Shown here in pieces: positions 20,353 through 33,000 of a stretch of DNA of 64,000 nt. The translations under genes and the position numbers were made by a program. How positions within the stretch are numbered: position 1 is the stretch's first letter; each line of letters begins with the position of its first letter. The notes beneath the pieces were generated by a model, which did not search any database, had not been told where the DNA came from, and was given only the letters and a program-made list of their open reading frames with translations. The DNA is taken from the NCBI GenBank assembly GCA_032718475.1, contig JAUCBJ010000943.1:15475-79474 (forward strand), written 5' to 3'. The DNA comes from Nemertoderma westbladi. Lineage: Eukaryota; Animalia; Xenacoelomorpha.

Positions 20353-22395
20353 CATAGCGACCTTTAATAAAGGCCTGGCAGGCGTGCACAACTGGCCACT
20401 GACTGGAGGCTGAACATTTGTATGACGATTATTGTTGTTTTTCGACTTTCACCGTTATCTAAATGTAGCGAATTTTAAATATAGAACAGGCAAACTCTTA
20501 AAAATACATATTTTACAACGAAACGTACAGTAGTGGCCAAAATAATTAGCCCAGACAGCAATAATATGACTAAATAGTTAAAAAAAACGAATTGTTAATG
20601 TTACGGATGTTGGCTCAAGAAATCGATTTCTGTTTTTTTTTCATTAGGTTTTGTGCAGAATTCTTCAAAGAATCCGATTGTTCAGATCTTTTTTCGTTTT
20701 GGATATATCGTTCGATATGTATTCCCAGCACTTTTCATCCTAGTTGACGAAATTTTGACATTTTCGCATCGCCAATAGTTGGTCAAATGAATGTAATTTC
20801 CAGGTCTCTGAGGTTATTTGAGGTGGTGATTCGATCTGTAACATTTTCAAGTCATTTCGGATCTATGGTTACATGTTTTTTTCACTACCTTCACTACTTT
20901 TTCACTTTTAAAAATATATTTGCTAGAATCCTAGCGTTCATCTCACTAACTTCAAAGTTGTACTTGCTTCCAAGATCTAAAAATAATTCTGATAGTGATT
21001 TACGGCAAAACAATGAACAAGTACTTGAAAAAAATATGAAGCAGTATATGGTAAACTGGGACATGTTATCATTTGGCTTTCGCAGACCGCCACGGTCTAG
21101 TCGATTCAGATAGGTTCCATAACTATTGTAGTAATGAAATGTGCCATCTGCTGTCTCAGCATCTTTACGAGATACATAGCCAGCTATGTATATAAGAGCC
21201 ATTAAATTTTCTTTGGATACATACTCTTCCAAATCGCCGATATTATCCAACACTTCACAATCGTAATCTGAAAGATTAATATTGCACATGTCACACTCGT
21301 GGTGGAATGTAGGTCGAATTTCTTCATCAGATAACTGCAATAATAATTTTGTAGTCAGTATGGTTAGTCTCTCCAATCCTTGTTGACAACTTATGAAATA
21401 GTTACTCCCGGGTCCTTGACGTAAAATTCCGTACGACTTTTCGATTGGATCGCTGTTAATATCACCAAACTTCACATACTCAAAATGCAACTTAACTAAA
21501 CATTGTGGGATTCCTTGAATGAATTGAGAGGACTGAATGAATTTACTGCCACCAAGTCCACAAAACACCACAAATGAAAAAGGGAGTGAAGGAAATTTTT
21601 TCTTCAGGGAATCAGTATTAATCTCACTTACATTCATAGAATCCAACTGGTTAAATATTGCAAGTTCATCTTCCATAACATTCCGAGATGATGGCGCAGC
21701 TCGTTTGGTGGCTCTCGGTTTTGGAGGTGGGGTAGGAATTAAACTCGGTTTTAAACCTGGCCACACACTTGGTGGATCCGCTGGACGATCTTTACCTCTT
21801 ACCTGAACCATCTGACAATCTGAAGGCTAATGCAAAGCGCAGACGGCGGTGTATTTAGTATCCGGTGTGTTCTCTCGGGGGATAACAGCAAGCCACTCGT
21901 TCCGTTGTTCGAGGTTGTGTGGCAACCTATACATCGGTATTTTAAGTGTGATGCTTCCAGCAGCCTCCTGTCTCTCTTGCAGTCTTGAGTGACCTCGTCA
22001 TAGCCAGTCCGGCATTTAGGAACGCAACACTTCAAAGGCATAGCCTAGCTGCCTAGGTACTTCAATCAAACTACCTGCATAGGCCGTAGGCTAAAGTAGG
22101 CCTACTACAGTACTATCTTAGGGCACTCTACCGCCTACCGGTTGACGGTAGCGGTAGGCTGTCGCCGTAGCTATGGTCAGACGGTACCGGTACATTGACT
22201 GTGCTGTGCTTGGCAGGCTTCTACAAGCTTGTCTATAACATTTCTACAGTCACTACAGTCTACAATGGAAGTTGACAGTAGGCCTTCTACAGTTCTAACA
22301 TTCCAACTACGAACTACTGCAGTACTGCAAAATTTCAGCCTCCAGTCAGCAGCCAGTAGTGCACGCCTGCCAGGCCTTTATTAAAGGTCGCTATG
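20353..22395 (-). mobile_element. P-superfamily DNA transposon, internally deleted
   Basis: 37-bp perfect TIR catagcgacctttaataaaggcctggcaggcgtgcac (imperfect to ~70 bp). 8-bp TSD GAGTAGCC (20345-20352, 22396-22403). Confidence 0.93.
20894..22041 (-). pseudogene. THAP-domain P transposase remnant lacking the catalytic core
   Basis: MPLKCCVPKC, frameshift, then RNEWLAVIPREN...VCALH*P...PPSVW (THAP). Joined to the C-terminal motif SDPIEKSYGILRQGPG, then YIAGYV and LDRGGLRKP. Confidence 0.85.
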
Positions 22396-22660
22396 GAGTA
22401 GCCCTAGCTGCATGGAAACTTTCTGACTTTCTGGTTGTAAATACGGTACCGGTAAAATTTATGGCTGATCTCCAGCCAGATAGTGACCAATCCCGCAATC
22501 TTCCAGTATACCACTACCAGTGTTCCTAATCCTATAATCCTAACTGCAGAACTGCTACAGCAGTACAGTGCTAGGTCTATACCTGTATACTGCTATAGCT
22601 GTATAGGCAGATTGCAGATACTGAGATACAGAGATAGGCAGATAGGTACAGAGCTATTTG

Positions 22661-23856
22661 CACAAGTCCCTAAAAGGTGCCACCCTGCTCCATAGCGCGG
22701 GAAATTCAAATGATTGAAAGACATGTAATTTGTACTGGAAAGGGTGGCTGGCAGATCAGATCTGTTACCTATATTTTGGCGGTAAATTCAAATCTATTTT
22801 AACATTGAATACATGAATAGAGTAAGACTAAATGTAATTCATTGAATCAGAATAAATTATTTCTTTTCGGTTTAACTCACTCATCCGTTAATGTTGTTGA
22901 TTTATCTATTCTGGGACTTCGAGCAGCACGTGAACAACTAAACCAGCACGTTAATTAGTTTGGGGCTTCGAGCAGCACGTGTACAACTAAGCTCACTAGT
23001 TAACTTGTGTGGGACTTCCAGTAGCACGTGAACAACTAAGCTGACTGGTTAACTAGTCTGGGACTTCGAGCAAAATTGCAAATTGAGGAGGGGGGGGGGG
23101 GGGGGGGGATCGGGGGATTTGGCTTAACTTCTATTAGTAAAATGTAAAGAACATTTATTATTTGCTTGTATCAGTTATAATTACATCAGAACATTATAAT
23201 TATAACAATATAGCAGGGAACTGATAGTAAAATATATCACAGGTAGGCCTACTGTAATAATTTAGGTGAATAATGCCTCTGCCTGTACTGCTATATCTGT
23301 CCTTGACATGTCCCAGACTAGTTAACCAGTCAGCTTAGTTGTTCACATGCTGTTCAAAGTCCCAGACTAGCTAACCAATCAGCTTAGTTGTTCACGTGCT
23401 GCTCGAAGTCCCAGACTAGTTAACCGGTCAGCTTAGTTGTCCACGTGCTGCTCGAAGCCCCAGACTAGTTAAGCAGTCAGCTTAGTTGTCCACGTGCTGC
23501 TCGAAGCCCCAGACTAGTTAACCAGTCAGCTTAGTTGTTCACGTGCTGCTCGAAGCCCCAGACTAGTTAACGTGCTGGTTTAGTTGTTCACGTGCTGCTC
23601 GAAGTCCCAGAATAGATAAATCAACAACATTAACGGATGAGTGAGTTAAACCGATAAGAAATCATTTATTCAGATTCAATGAATTACATTTAGTCTTACT
23701 CTATTCATGTATTCAATGTTAAAACAGATTTGAATTTACCGCCAATATATAGGTGGCAGATCTAATCTTCCACCCTTTCCAGTACAAATAACATGTCTTA
23801 AAATCATTTGAATTTCCCGCGCTATGGAGCAGGGTGGCACCTTTTAGGGACTTGTG
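22661..23856. mobile_element. Foldback (Galileo-like) non-autonomous transposon with long TIRs containing 49-bp tandem repeats
   Basis: cacaagtccctaaaagg... inverted at ...cttttagggacttgtg. Arms ~410 and ~545 bp with 3 vs 6 copies of the 49-bp unit. Probable 7-bp TSD CTATTTG/CTCTTTG (1 mismatch). Confidence 0.85.
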
Positions 23857-24000
23857 CTCTTTGCTATAGGCCTATACCGGTACCTGTATACAGATAGATA
23901 TCAGGATGATATAGATAGGCCTATCAGCCTATGGCCTAGGCCTACTACAGTACTAAACTGCCTGACTGCTACAGTGCTAAAATACTGAAATAAACAGATA

Positions 24001-25023
24001 ATGTCATACGAACCACCTAAGGCCCCACCACCCTCATACGGGTTCGCTACTGATCCCAACGCAGCTTACCCTCCAGTTCAAGCAGCCTACCCTCCTCCGG
24101 GCCAACCACCTTACCCACCCGGTCAACCCCCTTACCCTCCGGGTGAACCCCCGTACCACCCTGACCAGTCGGCAGCATACCCTCCACAAGCACAACAACC
24201 CGCGTATCCTGGCTACACTGCTGCCGCTCCTCAATATACGTCACCCTCGACTGGGCCGGACCCCTCTAGCTATGGTGCCACCACCGCGTCCGGTCTCCAA
24301 CACCACGATTACACCACCGTCGGTGCTCCGGAACCCGGGTTCGCCAAAGCCTCATTCTCCGACCAAGACGTTCGCCGCGCTTTCATTAAACGGGTCTACA
24401 GCATCCTCTCGATACAGCTGATAGTTACCTGTGCGATCATCGCCCTATTCACTTTCCACGAGCCGACAAAGTTGTTCGTAAAAGCCCACAGCTATCTCTT
24501 GTGGGTTGCACTGGGTGGCACGCTGGTTATTATAATCGCGTTGGCCTGCTTCGACAGTATTCGACGCAAACACCCCCTTAACATCATCCTGCTGGCGGTG
24601 TTCACTTTGTTCGAAGGGTTTCTTTTGGGCGCAATTTCCTCCTCATACGACGTGGAGTCTGTGTTTATCGCGGCCGGCAGCACAGCTGCCGTTACCATTG
24701 GTCTCACTATCTTTGCGTTCCAAACCAAGTTTGATTTCACTAAGTTTGGTCCCTACCTTTTCGTCGCATTGATCGTTCTCATGCTCTTTGGTCTCTTTAT
24801 TTGGATATTCGGCGCCGGTAAAATCACCCTGATTATATATGGAAGTCTCGGTGCTCTGCTGTTTAGTTTCTATCTCGTTTTCGACACGCAGTTGATGCTC
24901 GGAGAAAAACACAAGTACTCGCTGTCTCCAGATGAGTACATAATGGCTGCGCTTAATCTCTACATAGATATCGTTCAGATATTCATGTATTTGCTGATGA
25001 TAATTGGCATTGCGAGAGACTAA
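24001..25023 (+). CDS. GRINA: Protein lifeguard / TMBIM family (Bax inhibitor-1 fold), GRINA/TMBIM1-3-like, intronless
   Basis: Pro/Tyr-rich N-terminus with PPxY-like motifs. FSDQDVRRAFIKRVYSILSIQL, multiple TM segments, QTKFDFT, VFDTQLM, SPDEYIMAALNLYIDIVQIF. The exact paralog assignment is tentative. Confidence 0.95.
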   Translation: MSYEPPKAPPPSYGFATDPNAAYPPVQAAYPPPGQPPYPPGQPPYPPGEPPYHPDQSAAYPPQAQQPAYPGYTAAAPQYTSPSTGPDPSSYGATTASGLQHHDYTTVGAPEPGFAKASFSDQDVRRAFIKRVYSILSIQLIVTCAIIALFTFHEPTKLFVKAHSYLLWVALGGTLVIIIALACFDSIRRKHPLNIILLAVFTLFEGFLLGAISSSYDVESVFIAAGSTAAVTIGLTIFAFQTKFDFTKFGPYLFVALIVLMLFGLFIWIFGAGKITLIIYGSLGALLFSFYLVFDTQLMLGEKHKYSLSPDEYIMAALNLYIDIVQIFMYLLMIIGIARD

Positions 25024-25891
25024 ACTCTATCGATGAGGTCGTCGGTTCATCCTGTAATCTGTACCATTATGGCTGTATGTATGGATGCAGGCAAAGCCGC
25101 GGAATATAACTTATACCATTACTGTAGTATATACTGCTGTACTGTTTTTTCCTTCTGTAATTGATACCAGCTCATTTAATCTGTTATCATAGAACATGGG
25201 ATGTTAGTACCTTTATTTCTCGCTGTTGCATAATTTATAATTGCGCTCAATGTTATTAATTATAGGACGTTTGATTTATTTATCTCATATTTTTTTGAGT
25301 AATAATAACAATAGTTTTGAGTAACTGGATGAAGGCTACACTATACTCTACACTACTGGTCACTTATTTACTACCAATTCACCCCATTTTCTCGAAATTT
25401 GAATTAAAATTTTTTGTAATTTGCACAGTCACGAATTTGTGTTACGTTTGCAGGTCGCTTTCTTTATATCGTATAATCTATGTCCATCTAATATTGATCT
25501 ATGGTAGCTCCCACTGGATAGGTGGATATTTATTTAAGTTATTTCTTATTGGTATTCAATATCACTACGACTACATTATAATTCACAGACACGCCACTTC
25601 CCTCCATTCGCATGCTATTTGCTCAGTATTATGTTATGTTGTATTTATAATTTCTAAATTTAATCTTTTTTTTATAGGCCTACATGATATAAATCGATAC
25701 TTGTACGTATATGGGCTAATTTTTTAGCCACCGCCCTACTACACAACACAGAGACAAACTTGTGCTATTATCTTCTAAATTTCATTACACTTCCAACCAC
25801 CAACACGTAATTTATCATTCAATATTATATTTATTCTGTCATTTTGTAAAGCAACACAATTTCAGAACCTCCGTGAGTATATTATATGTCA

Positions 25892-27847
25892 AGTATATAT
25901 ACAGTACACTACTCCTCGAGTATATACAGTACAGTACTCCTCGAGTATATACAGTACTCCTCGAGTATATACAGTACAGTACTCCTCGAGTATATACAGT
26001 ACACTACTCATCCAGTATATATACAGTACAGTACTCCTCGAGTATATACAGTACACTACTCATCCAGTATATATACAGTACAGTACTCCTCGAGTATATA
26101 CAGTACACTACTCATCCAGTATATATACAGTACAGTACTCCTCGAGTATATGCAGTACAGTACTCCTCGAGTATATACAGTACTCCTCGAGTATATACAG
26201 TACAGTACTCCTCGAGTATATACAGTACACTACTCATCCAGTATATATACAGTACAGTACTCCTCGAGTATATACAGTACACTACTCATCCAGTATATAT
26301 ACAGTACAGTACTCCTCGAGTATATACAGTACACTACTCATCCAGTATATATACAGTACAGTACTCCTCGAGTATATACAGTACAGTACTCATCCAGTAT
26401 ATATACAGTACAGTACTCCTCGAGTATATACAGTACAGTACTCCTCGAGTATATACAGTACAGTACTCCTCGAGTATATACAGTACAGTACTCCTCGAGT
26501 ATATACAGTACAGTACTCCTCGAGTATATACAGTACAGTACTCCTCGAGTATATACAGTACACTACTCATCCAGTATATATACAGTACAGTACTCCTCGA
26601 GTATATACAGTACAGTACTCCTCGAGTATATACAGTACAGTACTCCTCGAGTATATACAGTACAGTACTCCTCGAGTATATACAGTACAGTACTCCTCGA
26701 GTATATACAGTACAGTACTCCTCGAGTATATACAGTACACTACTCATCCAGTATATATACAGTACAGTACTCCTCGAGTATATACAGTACAGTACTCCTC
26801 GAGTATATACAGTACTCCTCGAGTATATACAGTACAGTACTCCTCGAGTATATGCAGTACAGTACTCCTCGAGTATATACAGTACAGTACTCCTCGAGTA
26901 TATACAGTACAGTACTCCTCGAGTATATACAGTACAGTACTCCTCGAGTATATACAGTACAGTACTCCTCGAGTATATACAGTACAGTACTCCTCGAGTA
27001 TATACAGTACAGTACTCCTCGAGTATATACAGTACAGTACTCCTCGAGTATATACAGTACAGTACTCCTCGAGTATATACAGTACACTACTCATCCAGTA
27101 TATATACAGTACAGTACTCCTCGAGTATATACAGTACAGTACTCCTCGAGTATATACAGTACAGTACTCCTCGAGTATATACAGTACAGTACTCCTCGAG
27201 TATATACAGTACAGTACTCCTCGAGTATATACAGTACAGTACTCCTCGAGTATATACAGTACACTACTCATCCAGTATATATACAGTACAGTACTCCTCG
27301 AGTATATACAGTACAGTACTCCTCGAGTATATACAGTACTCCTCGAGTATATACAGTACAGTACTCCTCGAGTATATGCAGTACAGTACTCCTCGAGTAT
27401 ATACAGTACAGTACTCCTCGAGTATATACAGTACAGTACTCCTCGAGTATATACAGTACAGTACTCCTCGAGTATATACAGTACAGTACTCCTCGAGTAT
27501 ATACAGTACAGTACTCCTCGAGTATATACAGTACAGTACTCCTCGAGTATATACAGTACTCCTCGAGTATATACAGTACAGTACTCCTCGAGTATACAGT
27601 ACAGTACTCCTCGAGTATATACAGTACTCCTCGAGTATACAGTACAGTACTCTTCGAGTATACAGTACAGTACTCCTCGAGTATATACAGTACAGTACTC
27701 CTCGAGTATATACAGTACAGTACTCCTCGAGTATATACAGTACAGTACTCCTCGAGTATATACAGTACACTACTCATCCAGTATATATACAGTACAGTAC
27801 TCCTCGAGTATACAGTACAGTACTCCTCGAGTATATACAGTACAGTA
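25892..27847. repeat. 25-bp minisatellite (tatatacagtacagtactcctcgag), ~78 units
   Basis: Direct tandem array with interspersed variants (cactactcatccag; 20-bp and 23-bp units). Confidence 0.98.
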
Positions 27848-29036
27848 TTCCCATACAGATAAACTTGATATTTACAAAATAATTATGTTTTGTGGTTTTA
27901 AATAAATCTATTTTAATATTCTTATCGTATAAATAATACGAAGAAATGTTTATAACTTTTTGTGATTAATTATTAAATTTTAAACATATTTATTGGAGAA
28001 ACTATGATAAATTTATTCGCGTATAATATTATTGACTCTAAACTATTATAAGTATATTTTTTCTAATTCCATAAACCTCGAAGCCTATATTTATTTAATG
28101 AAACCGCGACCATGAGTAAGGACATTGAAACAGAGATGTACTCCACATGGGTGGTGCAGCACCACCGTGTGCGGTGCTGGTGGTAGGACCTTTGAAATCA
28201 TTTTTGCATCTACGTACATTGTATATGTCATCGTATACTGTATATCTTTTTGGAAGGAGAACAATACTTACGGTGCACTATTAATATTGCTTGGCTTGTG
28301 TTAAAACCATTCAATTAATTGATGTTTAAATTTTTAATGAAAATATTTATAACAAGTTTGAATTCATAAAAAAATGTTGATTACATATAGCTTTATTATT
28401 CTTAATAAAAGATAGTATTGGTATTGGTAATGGTAAATTTAAATTAATAATATGTAATAACCGTAAACTAGTTTCAACATTCAACTAATAATAAAGTAAT
28501 AATTATTAAACCGATTTACTTTAAACTTCCCTCCCCAAACTCCAGTTAACCTTTGTATTGTAGTATATATTTTAAGCCATTGAGTTATTGTAGTATATAT
28601 TGTGCTATTGAGTTTGATTTATATGTTCTGAGTTTTATTTATTTTTATTCTGGTCCCAAAATATATATTCCGATTTAATGTATATCTCCATCACCCTTCC
28701 TACTATAATACAATTGTAGTAATCAGTTAGTAATGTTTGTGTTGAGTTGAATAACATTAAATATTTACTTATAGTGTTATAAACGTTCTCTTTAACATTA
28801 CAGTATGAGGTTTTACTATCCGATCGCATGCCATGTCTCGAGTCGAGAACAACCTGTATAATTTTATCACATTAATAGATAGATTGAAGTGAAGTGAAGT
28901 ATGCCTATAAATATTTAACGTTATTTAGCTAATTACAAACAATAGTATTATTACAAAATTTATTGATATTGGATATATTTATAATTTCATTCGACAATTG
29001 ATTTATAATGCGTAAGAAATAGTAATACGCACGTAT

Positions 29037-29070
29037 TTATGTATGTATGTATGTATGTATGTATACATAC
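29037..29070. repeat. (TATG)n microsatellite
   Basis: Seen directly. Confidence 0.85.
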
Positions 29071-30028
29071 AGATAGACGAGAAACTACTGTACGTAGATT
29101 CACTTCACGCTCACCACACCGTAAATAATAAAATATACATCCTGTTTTTCTATCGTAATATTTCAAATATTGAATACAAATTATGTTACCTATATCGTTA
29201 TTAAGGTAGATTTATGCTACAATGTATGTATGAATGGCTGCCTACAGCCATTATTATTATTAAATGTACTTAATATGCTTTAATATTATTATTATATTGA
29301 TTATGGATGTTGTTTAACGAATCAATTATTTTATCCATCTATCTATAGAGCGACCCATGACCCAGTCGAGGTCTATAGGATGGGACAATGGTCGCTACTA
29401 TAACTACTAACGACTGTCTTTCTTTGCTTCTGCTGAACGTGCTGCTGAACGTTATTTTGCTACGTTACAATAACATCTTTACTTGATTATACGTAGTGTC
29501 GTATTGCACATAAAATTGCCTTTGGGATGATGAACAATATTAGTTCTAGTTACACAATTAGAACAATAATTAGGCCTACTTCCCTACATGTATATGCATT
29601 GCCATGTGTATATGAGAACCAGTTAAATTACTGTAGTAATCAAAACATTGGATAAGAGTAGCGCCCACCCCTGCGTCTACCCTCGTGTAGCAGCTATCGA
29701 TAGGAAAGCTGTCGGGTCGCGTCCGGCTTCCGCCGACTATGTTTGCTTTTGCTTTGATTGTCATGTAGAAACGAAAATAAAAGTTCAACAAGCTATCACC
29801 AATTCATCTTTCGCAGAAAATACACGGGGGATGTCAATTACAGGCCCATAACTTCGGCATACCTTCATCAAACCCACACAGCCGCGGTGGCAGGCTAAAG
29901 CTAACACCATGTGATATGCCTGCACCAATGGTATCACTCATTGCTTGCACCAATTATTGGTGTCATACTGTGTATTACGCATAATGTACAAACTGTACGG
30001 CCGATATGCGAAACATCCCCAAAGGCGC

Positions 30029-33000
30029 GGAGGCAGGGGCCACTGACGCAAATACAGAGGCAGGGGCCACTGACGCAAATACAGAGGCAGGGGCCACTGA
30101 CGCAAATACAGAGGCAGGGGCCACTGACGCAAATACAGAGACAGGGGCCACTGACGCAAATACAGGCAGGGGCCACTGACGCAAATACAGAGGCAGGGGC
30201 CACTGACGCAAATACAGAGGCAGGGGCCACTGACGCAAATACAGAGACAGGGGCCACTGACGCAAATACAGAGGACGGGGCCACTGACGCAAATTCAGAG
30301 GCAGGGGCCACTGACGCAAATACAGAGGCACGGGCCACTGACGCAAATACAGAGGCAGGGGCCACTGACGCAAATACAGAGACAGGGGCCACTGACGCAA
30401 ATACAGAGGCAGGGGCCACTGACGCAAATACAGAGACAGGAGCCACTAACGCAAATACAGAGGCAGGGGCCACTGACGCAAATACAGAGGCAGGCGCCAC
30501 TGACGCAAATACAGAGGCAGGGGCCACTGACGCAAATACAGAGGCAGGGGCCACTGACGCAAATACAGAGGCAGGGGCCACTGACGCAAATGCAGAGGCA
30601 GGGGCCACTGACGCAAATACAGAGGCAGGGGCCACTGACGCAAATACAGAGACAGGGGCCACTGACGCAAATACAGGCAGGGGCCACTGACGCAAATACA
30701 GAGGCAGGGGCCACTGACGCAAATACAGAGGCAGGGGCCACTGACGCAAATACAGAGACAGGGGCCACTGACGCAAATACAGAGGCCGGGGCCACTGACG
30801 CAAATTCAGAGGCAGGGGCCACTGACGCAAATACAGAGGCAGGGGCCACTGACGCAAATACAGAGGCAGGGGCCACTGACGCAAATACAGAGACAGGGGC
30901 CACTGACGCAAATACAGAGGCAGGGGCCACTGTTGCAAATACAGAGGCATGGGCCAATGACGCAAATACAGAGGCAGGGGCCACTGACGCAAATACAGAG
31001 GCAGGGGCCACTGACGCAAATACAGAGGCAGGGGCCACTGACGCAAATACAGAGGCAGGGGCCACTGACGCAAATACAGAGGCAGGGGCCACTGACGCAA
31101 ATACAGAGGCAGGGGCCACTGACGCAAATACAGAGGCAGGGGCCACTGACGCAAATACAGAGGCAGGGGCCACTGACGCAAATACAGAGGCAGGGGCCAC
31201 TGACGCAAATACAGAGGCAGGCGCCACTGACGCAAATACAGAGGCAGGGGCCACTGACGCAAATACAGAGGCAGGGGCCACTGACGCAAATACAGAGGCA
31301 GGGGCCACTGACGCAAATACAGAGACAGGGGCCACTGACGCAAATACAGAGGCAGGGGCCACTGACGCAAATACAGAGGCAGGGGCCACTGACGCAAATA
31401 CAGAGGCAGGGGCCACTGACGCAAATACAGAAGCAGGGGCCACTGACGCAAATACAGAGGCAGGGGCCACTGACGCAAATACAGAGGCAGGGGCCACTGA
31501 CGCAAATACAGAGGCAGGGGCCACTGACGCAAATACAGAGGCTAGGGGCCACTGACGCAAATACAGAGGCAGGGGCCACTGACGCAAATACAGAGGCAGG
31601 GGCCACTGACGCAAATACAGAGGCAGGGGCCACTGACGCAAATACAGAGGCAGAGGCCACTGACGCAAATACAGAGGCAGGGGCCACTGACGCAAATACA
31701 GAGGCAGGGGCCACTGACGCAAATACAGAGGCAGGGGCCACTGACGCAAATACAGAGGCAGGGGCCACTGACGCAAATACAGAGGCAGGGGCCACTGACG
31801 CAAATACAGAGGCAGGGGCCACTGACGCAAATACAGAGACAGGGGCCACTGACGCAAATACAGAGGCAGGGGCCAAAATACAGAGACAGGAGCCACTGAC
31901 GCAAATACAGAGGCAGGGGCCACTGACGCAAATACAGAGGCAGGGGCCACTGACGCAAATACAGAGGCAGGGGCCACTGACGCAAATACAGAGGCAGGGG
32001 CCACTGACGCAAATACAGAGGCAGGGGCCACTGACGCAAATACAGAGGCAGGGGCCACTGACGCAAATACAGAGGCAGGGGCCACTGACGCAAATACAGA
32101 GGCAGGGGCCACTGACGCAAATACAGAGGCAGGGGCCACTGACGCAAATACAGAGGCAGGGGCCACTGACGCAAATACAGAGGCAGGGGCCACTGACGCA
32201 AATACAGAGGCAGGGGCCACTGACGCAAATACAGAGGCAGGGGCCACTGACGCAAATACAGAGGCAGGGGCCACTGACGCAAATACAGAGGCAGGGGCCA
32301 CTGACGCAAATACAGAGGCAGGGGCCACTGACGCAAATACAGAGGCAGGGGCCACTGACGCAAATACAGAGGCAGGGGCCACTGACGCAAATACAGAGGC
32401 AGGGGCCACTGACGCAAATACAGAGGCAGGGGCCACTGACGCAAATACAGAGGCAGGGGCCACTGACGCAAATACAGAGGCAGGGGCCACTGACGCAAAT
32501 ACAGAGGCAGGGGCCACTGACGCAAATACAGAGGCAGGGGCCACTGACGCAAATACAGAGGCAGGGGCCACTGACGCAAATACAGAGGCAGGGGCCACTG
32601 ACGCAAATACAGAGGCAGGGGCCACTGACGCAAATACAGAGGCAGGGGCCACTGACGCAAATACAGAGGCAGGGGCCACTGACGCAAATACAGAGGCAGG
32701 GGCCACTGACGCAAATACAGAGGCAGGGGCCACTGACGCAAATACAGAGGCAGGGGCCACTGACGCAAATACAGAGGCAGGGGCCACTGACGCAAATACA
32801 GAGGCAGGGGCCACTGACGCAAATACAGAGGCAGGGGCCACTGACGCAAATACAGAGGCAGGGGCCACTGACGCAAATACAGAGGCAGGGGCCACTGACG
32901 CAAATACAGAGGCAGGGGCCACTGACGCAAATACAGAGGCAGGGGCCACTGACGCAAATACAGAGGCAGGGGCCACTGACGCAAATACAGAGGCAGGGGC

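Noticed and set aside
20526-20890. Tc1-like end (TA-cagtagtggccaaaataattag) inside the P element
   Set aside because: No matching second TIR found. May be a real fragment but cannot be delimited.
22913-23610. CRISPR-like appearance of regularly spaced repeats (also the satellites)
   Set aside because: Units are contiguous with no unique spacers, there are no cas genes, and the context is eukaryotic.
25762-27882. 658-706-aa ORFs (YSSSIYSTVLLEYIQ repeats)
   Set aside because: Translation of the 25-bp satellite. Open in several frames on both strands.
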